DNA of 64,000 nt, taken from positions 97,528,001 through 97,592,000 of the forward strand of contig NW_024704743.1 of NCBI RefSeq assembly GCF_018977255.1, given 5' to 3'. The position numbers were made by a program, and so were the translations under genes. Source of the stretch: Callorhinchus milii. Taxonomy: Eukaryota. Below are positions 39,106-50,163 of the stretch, in pieces; within the stretch, counting starts at the first letter, position 1; each line of letters begins with the position of its first letter. Under the pieces are notes generated by a model. The model ran no database searches. It saw only the letters and a list, made by a program, of their open reading frames with translations, and was not told where the DNA came from.

Positions 39106-41232
39106 CAGCCCTGTTAGAATATGTTTTATTGCAGCGCAGATTTGCTTATAACATAAAAAACGCTATATCAAATGTAAGGATTATTATTATAACTCCAAAG
39201 GTGTGTGGACCCCATTTACTCGGCAAGAACACCACACAGGAAGTGATGTCGGCGGCAACCTGATCATCCAGAAGTTGGATATTTTTCTCTATCGTGGAAC
39301 CATTTGGCGGGTGACTTTCCCCATAAATCTGCAATGACTCCCTTTTGGATATCTATCCAACTTCCTCTTCAAAAAAATATGAATTGTGCCTTGGCCACCA
39401 CTCCTGGTAGAAATTCCACATTATAACAACCCTCTGTTAAGGTGTTCCACTTCAGCAGCAGACATATTGGGAATCATGGCAAAACCTTTTATTTAACAAC
39501 AACGTTTAAATTGTCAATGCAAATAGAAACTGACAGCAGTGATATAAGGCTGATTTATTCTGCGTAGTCAGCTCAGGTTCAGGCTAGAGTAAGATTTTCT
39601 AGAATGTTTTCTTCATCTATCAGGAGTTCACACTGAAATGCTTTGAGAAAAACTAAAAGAAAAAGAATTGTATGTAAGTTAAGGAGATGTCATTCATTTT
39701 AATTTAAATTTAGCCTTAATTTGAAAAACAGATGTCAGCAGTTTTTTGTAGCATTAACATCACACAACCAGGGAGCTTTCAAGTGACCATGGAGGAACAG
39801 AGTTGATGCGAGATTCACGTCAACTTCTCTTGGACTGCAGTGTTGAATTGTCATGAACTGAAAGTAAAAACGGCAAGAGGGAATTTATCACTCACAAGTC
39901 TAACCATCAGCGAGTTCCTCTTAATTTTGAAAACTCCACTCCTAGATTGTTGTTATTTACTATTGTTTATGTTCTTGACCTTAGTATCTCCTCTGATTTC
40001 AAATGGAACAGCTGTGTTTCCTTGATTGTCCCAAAGACTTTCATTTTCCTCTTTAGCACCAAATGTTTATTTTCCTCTCTATAAAGTTCAGGTCTTCCTG
40101 AGGCTTGAATTTGTGTTCCAGTTCTTAAGGAGGTTCTTCTAGCATGTTTCATCTTCTTAGCAAAAATACGACAAAAGGTAATTCCCATCACGTTATAGAC
40201 TGACAAGAATTTCATTAATTTATTCAAATATAAAAGAGTAAACTTAATACCTACATAGGAACAATGGAATAAAGTAAAGGCTTGATGTCCAGGCCACAGA
40301 CTGATTTCCATGGTGGATAGTCATGAACGGTGCTATGTCCAAGTATTATGGATGGATATACAACCTATAGGTTGCTGCGATGTAAACAGTTGCTAATATT
40401 ATACTATATATAAATGTATTTTGGACAAATTCTGAAACCAACACACCAAATGTAATTTCCATTATGCAGATATTTGATAATAACTTCCAACAATTTGGTG
40501 GCTGAACTACTTTCATCTGACACTGAATATTAGGTCCCTCTAGTGGTTTGTTTTAGTATTCATGGCAAGAATTTGTTAGCACACGATGGAGTAAGCGTTT
40601 GTAATGTTTTAAGACTGGACTGTTAATGTATACCAATGTAAATGGCCAGTAAGTGGCAGTGCTCCCATCCTGGGAATGCTCCTTTTCAGACTAGAATCGC
40701 AAAACAATCTGTGTTATTCCTACAGCCAGTTGTGGATTGGCTCCCCGAAAGACCTTGAGATTTTCATATAAAATGGGGGCACTGATTGGTGCCGGCTCCA
40801 ATTTGTCATGTTTTAAAAACTTTGTCAGTTTTTCAACAGAAGAGCGAGATTTGGGGAATGATTGACTATCATAGGTGTCACTCATCAGGGAGGGCAGGCT
40901 CTGGCCAATGACTTGCTGGTCAGAGCTGTCGGGTTCTGGGGTAGTAAGTATTGGGAGCCAATCATGGGGCGCTTGGGAATCATTCCTGGGGCAAAAGGGA
41001 AATTTCCTGTTTTTCCATATAGCCAGTCACCTCTACTTGCAGCCAATTTGTAGACAGCAATACCCCACAGATCTATGCCCATCACTGAAGAATGATCTAT
41101 ACATGTCCATTTAGGCTGCGTTAGCTGTTCTTTCTAATGTACTTGGACATCATATGTTTAGTGCATTCTTCTTGATGTTGTCACTATATCAGTGTTGTGC
41201 TCCTAATAATTCACCTTTTTTTAATTTTCCAG

Positions 41233-41323
41233 GTTTTTGTTGGTCCTCGCGTGCCTAATCCTGGCCATCCTGTCAACATTTGTTGAATTTGAGACACTCT
41301 CAGAACAGTGGCTCCTAATACTG
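41233..41323 (+). CDS. KCNQ3: KCNQ3 exon 2 (91 nt; S1): (V)FLLVLACLILAILSTFVEFETLSEQWLLIL
   Basis: ttttccag| acceptor, |gttggt donor; translation matches KCNQ S1. Confidence 0.93.
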
Positions 41324-41740
41324 GTTGGTACACACTATCTTCTCTCTACTGAACTGTCATTATACCTGCAAAGCTAATGTTCTTCTGATCATAACATAGA
41401 GGGATAACATGTGTGGTATTCCTTATACCGTTCCTCAACCTATTTAATGAATGTTTCAAAGAATACCAGTAGGTTGTGCTGTTCTCCAGGGAAATGGTTT
41501 GTTCCTCAGGATCCTCGCGCTGCCATTTTGTGTAACCTTGAGGGAACTAGTTTATTTTGTAAAATTTAGGTATTATGTTGGGTTCTTAGTCATTTTTAGT
41601 CTAGGAGAGTGTGGATTTCAATACAGTACAGTTTACCTTTATATAGTGCCTTTCGTGTCAGAAGAATGTACACCTCTTGGTATTCCTTAAAGAGATCCTT
41701 AAGTTAAGTATGCATTAGGGAACTGTTAAGAGTCAAATCA

Positions 41741-41998
41741 GCTAAAACGCAAGCTATTTTTAGCTGGTCAAGCAGTACCTCAGTACACACTCTGGGGTCC
41801 CCAAGCCTTGGATTTTACCAACCGTAACATAATATTCTCTGGAATTAGGTAAACAGGATGAGTCTCTCCAGGGAGAGAGTACACATTCCATTCCAATAAA
41901 TATTTCCAGACTTGCTATTCATTGATGGGATGCATAGAACTCTTAGTTTGGTTTGGATGCTCTGAAACATGGTGATGGTTTACTACTGACCAAAAAAC
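41741..41998 (+). repeat. Family C repeat (intron 2)
   Basis: Colinear with 22763-23002; ends ctgaccaaaaaac. Confidence 0.75.
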
Positions 41999-42207
41999 AT
42001 AAATTAAGAAATACTTGTTTTGGGATTAGTTTTATTGTTAGTGGTCTGACATTATAGGATGATGTGTTGAAGGATTATACAGGGATTGTGTTGCCAGAGA
42101 GTTGAATACGTGATGGGAAGTAAAGGGCTGAACTGCTGTACTGAAGAGCTGCCGGTGTGCTGAAATACTCTACACTGAGCTATATTTGCATGTCTGTGTT
42201 TGAACAG

Positions 42208-42334
42208 GAAGCTGTTACAATAGTTGTGTTCGGAATTGAATTTGCTTTGAGGATCTGGGCGTCTGGCTGCTGCTGCCGGTACAGAGGATGGAGAGGACGT
42301 CTGAAATTTATCAGGAAGCCTCTATGCATCCTAG
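42208..42334 (+). CDS. KCNQ3: KCNQ3 exon 3 (127 nt; S2, S2-S3 linker): [42 protein letters not shown](D)
   Basis: aacag| acceptor, |gtgagt donor; triple-Cys GCCCRY motif. Confidence 0.97.
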
Positions 42335-42537
42335 GTGAGTGTATCTTTTGTTAATGATGAACAAAGAAGAAATATCTCTCCTTGTGGGTAATTGGCATGG
42401 TGAGACTTAAAAAGTGCTGAATGTGAAAGTGGTAATGTAAATTAAGCCATAATGCTGCAAAAGGTTCCTTGGATCACTGATGCATCTGTTACAGGCAACC
42501 TAATTATACTTCACACCTTTGACTCATTCAGTCAAGG

Positions 42538-42995
42538 GTGGAGTCCTGTTGCTCAGTGGTTGAAACACCTGCCTCGCAAGTGAGAAGACCTGGGTTCGAT
42601 TCCCGGAAGGGCGAAATGTTGGGCAAGTTTCCTTACTCCGCACGTCTGTTTGCCAAGCAGTAAGTAGAAAATCAGTTGTTAGTCGATTAGCGGATTGCTT
42701 TTCAGGGGTAATAATTCCTTAAAAAAAATTAATAATAATCCTTGCATTTGATATAGTGCCTCATCACGTCTTTGAGACGTCTCAAAGCACTTCACAGAAT
42801 ATACTGTCAAGTGTAGTGACTATATATTTTGTGGGTGAAACGAGACACACAGTCATGGATTGAGTGACCAAATTAATAAATTGTACAACCACAAAATATA
42901 CAGTCAATTTAATTTACAGTATATTCTCTGAAGCAATTTCAGACGTCTCGAAGAGGCACTATATCAAATGCAAGGATTATTATTATTATTATGAT
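42538..42995 (+). mobile_element. Family A SINE interrupted by an antisense SINE tail (~42731-42870) in intron 3
   Basis: Head at 42538, minus-strand tail copy, then + strand tail resumes. Confidence 0.8.
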
Positions 42996-43619
42996 ATTCA
43001 AGGGGCAGCTGGATCCTGAAACTGGTGAGTATTCTGTAAGGATGAGGGGTTTATTCATCTGAATCTCTCTTGTGATCAATCTTACATATTTAAGACAAAA
43101 TGAGCTTGCAGGCTGAAACCAGGTTGGGTTTCGGTTCTTAGGTCTATCCAAGATATACATTGAGTCACTGAGTGGCAATCAGCATTTAGAGCTTGAGCAG
43201 CAAAGTCAAGAGTGTGAACATTCAGTTGTGCCTAGGAGGCATGCAATTGGACTTAGATCAACCACCCAGTGTTAGTGGTGGTGATGGTGGCGAGGCCATC
43301 CATCAGGTAAGCCAGACTTTCTTGGAGCTGAACTGGCATCAAGGTGACATGCCTGGCAATGGAATGTCAGAATTGAGCCAGCTCTCTGAAGCAGCATCAA
43401 TAGTATAGGTTCCTGAGTCAGGCAGGTCCATGGCATTCCAGTGTACTGCTGATGACAGTACAGCCAGCCTGGCTCATCGGCAGGACCTAGAAGGGCAGAC
43501 CAGTCACTGGGGGCAATGGCCACTTAGCTCCTGTTAACCCTGCAAGCCAAAGCCTTAATGGATAGGGTGGTTCTAGCTGGACACGCAGCGGGAAAGATTG
43601 CCGGACAGCAATATCAATG

Positions 43620-43780
43620 GCAAGCTACGCGGTTTTAGCTGGTGCAGTGCCCCAACACATACTCTAGAGTCCTCAAGCCTCAGCTCTTGCTACTCTGAGC
43701 CTGATATTTTTTGGAATTAGGTAAGCAAGGATGCATCCCTCCAGGGGTGCGTATTCCATTCCAAAATCTATCTCTGGAGT
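43620..43780 (+). repeat. Family C repeat, 3' part missing (intron 3)
   Basis: gcaagctacgcggttttagctgg..ggaattaggtaagcaaggatgcatccctccagg. Confidence 0.7.
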
Positions 43781-43848
43781 TGAGAAGCAGGTTTTGTGTT
43801 GTAGCTGAGCTGTTACTGACCCAGTGCCTCTCTCTCCTGTCTGCCCAG

Positions 43849-44021
43849 ATATAATTGTGCTGATCGGCTCTGTGGTCATCGTCGCAGCCGGGGCCCTGCA
43901 GAACATCTTGGCCACATCACTCCGAAGCTTACGGTTCCTTCAGATCCTGCGGATGCTGCGGATGGACCGGAGAGGAGGCACCTGGAAGCTTCTAGGTTCA
44001 GCAATTTGCGCCCACAGCAAG
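43849..44021 (+). CDS. KCNQ3: KCNQ3 exon 4 (173 nt; S3-S4, S4-S5 linker): (D)[57 protein letters not shown]
   Basis: cccag| acceptor, |gtagga donor; S4 voltage-sensor Arg repeat. Confidence 0.98.
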
Positions 44022-44540
44022 GTAGGAGTGGGCACCAGAAACATTGTGTAGATTAAAGGTAACTTCTCTTAAATTTAGCCAGGAGGCAGAGACTGGGTTT
44101 TAATGCTGTGCATTTTGTCCGATCACTTCTGTCCTTTTCCACTGGATTCCAGAGTCATGTTTTATTCCTTCTCTCAGTTTGTCACTGGATCCAAAGGTAG
44201 TGAAGAGAAGAATAAATCGATGTCCAGTGAATTCCCGCTTCCGATGCCATCACTATGTTTGGGCCTAAAGTGAACTGGTGTCCACTGTTGCACTTGCCAC
44301 TCAGCGGATCATGTTGTTTCGATGTCCGTACCTAGGTTATCAGTTTAACTCAACTTCAACTTTTCTGCCAAATAGCTATCTCATCTCCTCTGAAATATGG
44401 AGACACATTCGGCCTGCACTGTCTCCCTGGGTGATCTATTCCACATGTTTTACTATGTGTTAATAAATTGAATGAGAACTGCCTGCTCACCCTCCCCATT
44501 CTGAGCTTGACTCCACGTTCCCAAGTGGCAACACTAACTT

Positions 44541-44990
44541 GTGCAGCCTGGCGCAGTCGATAGCACTTCTGCCTCTGAGTCTGAAGTTTGGAGGTTCAAG
44601 CCCCAACTCATAGTCCAGGCTGATATGCTCCAAGATGCTGCCCTGCTTGAAGGGCACTATATAAATGCAAGTTGTTGTTGATACTCCAATACAAAGTTGA
44701 GTAGTGCTGCATTGTTGGAGGTGCCGTCCTTTGGATGAGATATTAAACCAAGTTCCCTCTGCCTGATCAAGTGGAAAGTAAAGATCCTTTGACAGTATTT
44801 GAAAAGAGAATGGAGAGAAGGGAGTTTCTTCCAGTGTCCTCAACAAAACAATTGGTCATTCACTTTATAGGTCTTTGTGGAACATTTGTGCAAATTGTCT
44901 CTTGCCTATAAAAATAAACCCTGTGAAGTTCTTTGAGGCATCTTGCTGATGTGAAAGGTGCTAGATCAAATACATGGATTATTATTATTT
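44541..44990 (+). mobile_element. Deu-domain SINE, full length, with nested L2-type tail at 44626-44683
   Basis: Head, body and (ATT)n tail; insert ends (GTT)n with TGATA duplicated. Confidence 0.8.
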
Positions 44991-45190
44991 ATTCTTCTAT
45001 TATTATCAAGTAAGGTTGTGAGTTTCAGTAACCAGTCAACCTAAAATAGCAGCCCCTGATACCTACTTATATGACCATCAAAACAATAAAACCAGTAGGT
45101 TGGCTGGTTGATGATAGATGCAGGACACATTTATAATCTGTATAAATGCCAACCTTAAAGAAGCTAACCAAAGTTTGTCTTGTTTATCAG

Positions 45191-45334
45191 GAGCTTATCA
45201 CTGCCTGGTACATTGGATTCCTTTCACTCATTCTGGCCTCGTTTCTGGTTTACCTCGTTGAAAAAGAAGACACCGTGAATGAGGACAAACCCCAGGATTT
45301 TAATACCTATGCAGATGCACTGTGGTGGGGATTA
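45191..45334 (+). CDS. KCNQ3: KCNQ3 exon 5 (144 nt; S5, turret, pore helix): [48 protein letters not shown]
   Basis: tatcag| acceptor, |gtaagt donor; retigabine-site Trp (human W265) at 45206-45208. Confidence 0.98.
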
Positions 45335-46192
45335 GTAAGTGCAGATACCAGTATTACAGCTTATTGAGTGCAATAGGACACTGCTGGACCATGATGGCCT
45401 GTTTTGCCTTCTAAGAAACAATCACGCATTTCTATATATTTCTTTTGCGATTCACACTTCATCCTTTTTTCAGGTTGTTTAAATTTAAAATAATGCGACC
45501 TGAACAAAAGACAAAATGTTAATGTAGGAAAAAGAGGTCATTCAGCATTTTGAACTTGTTTTCATCATTTTATCAAATCACAGCAGATCTTTTAATCCCC
45601 TCTACCCAACTTGTGTTCAAAACTCTTAATTCCCTTACTTCCAAAGTGGTTTTCTAGCTCCATTTCAATTGATTCTGCCTTTACCGCCTTCTGGGGCAGT
45701 ACATTCCATCTTTTCACAACCCTGGGTGAAGAAATCTCAAGTCTGTATGATACATGTATTATTCATAGCTACCCCGGCTATATTCTGCTGTGTTTCAGGT
45801 ACTTTAATTAATTCTCGGCACCTTTGTTTGCCTTGGTGCATCACAGTTGAAGTGCAGTGGAGAGGAATTAATGAGTGACCTGGGCATTGCAAAGCTATGT
45901 ATATTCTTTAGTAGGCCTGTTTGGGGATAGCTCTGCAGAGCACTCAGTGTGCAATGTTGATAGCGCATGTAGAAAAACATTTACAATTGATTTTGTTTTG
46001 GTCAGCCGCATGTCTGAAACCTAGCACCTCAAGCATCGCTAAGGGCACTTGTAATTCCTCTGTACGTGCACATTTAAAAATAGTTTACACATACTGCGTA
46101 TTACACATTTGTTTTTACATGGATTACATATGGTTTACACATGGTGCAGAACTGTCCTTCATTGCTTGTGTAAGTGTGAGTTTCTTCTCCAG

Positions 46193-46303
46193 ATTACTCT
46201 GACCACAATCGGTTATGGTGACAAAACGCCAAAGACTTGGGCAGGCCGGGTCTTAGCTTCGATGTTTGCTCTTATAGGAGTGTCTTTCTTTGCTCTGCCA
46301 GCG
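46193..46303 (+). CDS. KCNQ3: KCNQ3 exon 6 (111 nt; selectivity filter, S6): [37 protein letters not shown]
   Basis: ctccag| acceptor, |gtaagt donor; TIGYGD K+ filter. Confidence 0.98.
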
Positions 46304-47489
46304 GTAAGTATCAGAAATGTCTAATAAAGACTAATATGTACATCTATATGTATCAAGGGCCCAATTTGCTCACCTCCTCCAAATTCCCCCTTCCACACTA
46401 AGAAGAAAACAAAATCTGTGAAATCAGGTGTTTCTGCTATATCACTTCCTGAAGGTAGAACAAATGGGCAGAGGCCAATAATGTATCCAGTTTACTGTGT
46501 AATTGAAATTATCATTCCAATTTTAAACAAAAAAGCAAAATACTCACTCGATGATGGATAAATACATATTTAGATTGTGTTTGGACTCACAATACTGAGG
46601 GATGGCAGTGCTAGGAAATAGGACACCTTATAACTTTTGGCACCTGGTGTTAGCATTGCCCAGTTTCTGATGTAGATCAGAGGTTCCCATCCCATATCTT
46701 AAAGGCAATGCTCAGTGGAACACTCTTGTAGTGTGACATTGGGGCTAATTTATAATATTCGCTAAAGAGACAGGAAGCTGTATTGGTGGGTGTGATGTAT
46801 ATGGAAGTTCCCTCAAGTGTCTTGCTTCATGGTTCAAGGCACATTTTCCAACCTTTAACTTTGTGTTTTTCCCAATGAAAGCTTTTTACATGTTTTTACT
46901 GCTCCAACATGCAGTTTCAAATTGTTATTCCACAGCGCCTCCATGTGGAATAAATATAATTTACAACCATTGGCTCAGATCAGCAAAATTTGAAGAGGCC
47001 AGTTTGAAAAAAGAGGCATAGCTAATATAAAACCTCCAGTTAAAGATGTAACAAGAAAAAATCAGTTAAAATAACTAATTCCTTAATCCTTCTTGATAAC
47101 TGAGGTGGTGTTTAGTTGAGTTGTCTGAGGGATGGGAAGATGGGTCTTAACAATTGGACACAATTGTATTTTAAGTCAGGGTCATTTTCATTTGCACATT
47201 GGACATAAATATTAATCTTTATTTGTAGTGTTGCATTCGCAGTAAAAATACATACATTTATTTTTAATGAATAAAAATGTTTAATAAATTAATAAAAAGA
47301 CACATTTGATTTCTTTTTAAAACCTGCTTCTTCGATCATGCCTTGGATCACCCCTATGTCTGACCCCACCACCACTGAAAAGCGGTCTGAGATGTTATGT
47401 TAGGTGAAGGCCATAATATGAATGCAAATTGTCGTTTTTTTCTAATTATATCTGCAGTAGGAGATAATTTTTAATATTTTTTTAACAAG

Positions 47490-47585
47490 GGCATTCTTGG
47501 TTCAGGACTGGCTCTAAAAGTACAGGAGCAGCATCGACAAAAGCACTTTGAGAAGAGAAGAAATCCGGCGGCCAACTTAATCCAG
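47490..47585 (+). CDS. KCNQ3: KCNQ3 exon 7 (96 nt; S6 end, helix A start): [32 protein letters not shown]
   Basis: aacaag| acceptor, |gtctgc donor; conserved KCNQ sequence, not shown in ORF track. Confidence 0.96.
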
Positions 47586-47929
47586 GTCTGCTTTTAAATA
47601 CTAGAAATGGCTTTGAAATTAAGGATTGTCACATTAATGAAGTGATATTTTCACATCTGCACACACATTTGACTGTGGTACCGTTCCTCTTGCTGCTAAG
47701 TGCAAGGACTAACCAGCAGGCTTATAATGTGATTTCCCATTATAAACCCCCATCATCAAAGCCACTACACTGAAAACAGTGTAAATGGTGCTTGGCAGTG
47801 GAAAAACGCCTCAGGTCCAAAGTGTAGGTCCTCCAGGGAATCAGATGGGCACAGTCCTCCAAGATATTATTATCTTGCATGAAAGGTGTTACATATATGC
47901 AAATTGTTGCAGTTGTACATCACGCTAAC

Positions 47930-48153
47930 TCCCGAGCCTTCAGCTCCCCTCTCGACTCTCTTCACCCTCCTCGCTCCCTCCCTTCCTTCCCCTCACCCTG
48001 ACCATTTCCCCCCTCCTCGCTCCCTCCCTTCCCTCACCCTGACCATTTCCCCCCTGCTCGGGTCATGACCCAACTGTGCAGCGCCTTGGGACGTCCTCCT
48101 GACGTGAAAGGCGCTTTATAAATGGAATCTTGTTGTTGTTGTTGTTGTTGTTG
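47930..48153 (+). mobile_element. L2 3' end with internal ~40-bp tandem duplication
   Basis: gcgccttgggacgtcctcctgacgtgaaaggcgct..(GTT)n. Confidence 0.8.
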
Positions 48154-48696
48154 TACGTCCTCATGAATTGTGAGGTATATGGGGTTCCATAGATATCATG
48201 TGTTGAGATGCCATTTACCCTACCATTTTCCTAACCAGTGCAGCCATTTATTGGTAATTAATATTTAGCTTGTGACATTTAGACATTAATGAATGCCAAC
48301 ACATGACAATATCAGGAGTTTTAGTTTAAAACTGTGGAAGTTATTGGGTTATGTACATATTTCAGAGTTTATTATCGGTGTTACCCTTCTTTATCATTTC
48401 TGTTAATAATCTTGACAAATAAGTTAAAATTAAAAGAAACAGTTAATCTATTTGCATTAGGAAAGATACAGAAAGGGGCAGCAAGGCTGATCTCAAGTGT
48501 AAAGGGAATGAGCTACAAAGAAAGATTAGAGAAATATAAATGATACAAACTGGCAAGACCGTGGTTAGAAGAGAATTTAATTGAGTCAGATACAATACAG
48601 AATAGACTGTGTAAAGTCAAACCGTGATTAGAGTAAGCCAAGAAAGTAGCACTTATATATTCAGAAACCACTAATAAATTTAGAATCGAGACAGAT

Positions 48697-48882
48697 TTGT
48701 TTTGGTCAGATTGATACATGCGGAAACCCATCACCGTGCTTAAGAGTATCCAAACCAAATTAAAAATTCCATGCATCCCACCTAAACATGGAATTTCCAA
48801 AGATAGATTGTTGGAATGGAATGCGCACTCTCTCCCTGGAGGGACATCCTGCTTAACCAATTCCGCAAAGTATTAGATGCAG
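48697..48882 (-). repeat. Family C repeat inserted into a degraded CR1 fragment (~48460-48940, +)
   Basis: CR1-like LGKIQKGAARLISSVKGMSYKERLEK on the left; CR1-like ttcactcagaga resumes on the right. Confidence 0.7.
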
Positions 48883-48979
48883 AAGAAACAAAAGGTCTTC
48901 ACTCAGAGAATGAAAACTATTGAGAATAGTCTACCAACATACATTTTCTAAAACTTGCAGAAATCCTTCACAGTGATTA

Positions 48980-49205
48980 CGAGTATCCAAACCAGACTGA
49001 GAGTTCCACATATGTATGTCACCTACACATGGGAATTTTCCTGTGACTGGAATGGAAAACACACTCTCTCCCTGCGGAGATGCATTCTGATTACCTAATT
49101 CTGGAAGACTTACATGCAGGTTGGCTAGAGCTAAGACTTGGAGACCACAGAGTGTGCATTAGGTTACTGCTGGAGTTTAACTAGCTAAAACTGCGTAACT
49201 TGCAT
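48980..49205 (-). repeat. Family C repeat
   Basis: Reverse complement of the 41741/43620 copies. Confidence 0.7.
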
Positions 49206-50054
49206 AAAGCATGGTCCTTCCAAAGCCACACTAAACCTACCCTATCATATAGTTCACACCAACCTGCTTCATTAGTTGCTGAACTCCACAAGTAATAAAA
49301 TGAAAGTTTAGAATACCCATCATCGCATCTGCATTATTCAAACCACACCCTGGCCCAGCCGCATATCTCTATAATCCTCCGATACTCAATCAGATATTAA
49401 GCTATTATTAAGACATTAAAATAATAAGTGAACTGAATAGTCAATTCTGTGAAGCTCTTTGAGATGTGAAAAGCGCTACATCACATGTAAGGATTGTTGT
49501 TATTATAGATATTTGTCCAGATCCTTGCTGAAGGAATTAATTGACAGAATAATGGTTTTACTTTTGAGAAATTTCAGGAGCTGAGCTTATAAATCAGAAA
49601 AGGTTTGCTCAGCTTTGAAAACTGCTGACTTCAGAGACTTAAAATGTTACACAGTCCAAAATCTGTGGACTTCAGGCAGTCACTGCACTGAGTGTGAGAA
49701 TCACAACAGGGAGAGAGGGAACTGGAGCTCATTGGTGAGGAGCCAGCTACTACATTAACATGAAATAACAGAACTTGGGCTCAGATCTGAGGGTTTTCTG
49801 TCATCTGACTTTGGAATAATAAAGCAGTCACCAGTTCACAGTCATTGTGTTTCAAGCAGCCTGTTAGTGCCAGTTTTTTCAGTGAAACTGAAGAACATTG
49901 TTGGCTTTAAATCCTCCCTGCTCTCTTCCAGCTTCATCCTCCTGTCCAATCTCTCCATTCTTCAAAGTCAGGCCTGCTGCATGCACCATGCCATCCATGG
50001 TAAACCAGCAAAGTCCCATTTCTAATCATTCTCACCCTTCCATTCTGTCATGTA

Positions 50055-50163
50055 CAGGGTGACCAAAAGCTATGATACCATTACAAATGTCTAATAAGTC
50101 TTAAAGCAATGATGATTGTTTTTTAGATAATAGGATAGAGATCATCATGCTTTGGTCACCCTG
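50055..50163. mobile_element. Tc1/mariner-type MITE (109 bp)
   Basis: TA + CAGGGTGACCAAA ... TTTGGTCACCCTG + TA: perfect 13-bp TIRs and TA target duplication. Confidence 0.85.

Noticed and set aside
1..41232. KCNQ3 exon 1 or promoter CpG island
   Set aside because: I found no GC-rich island and no sequence encoding the N-terminal LERPRGW motif; exon 1 is presumably upstream of the window
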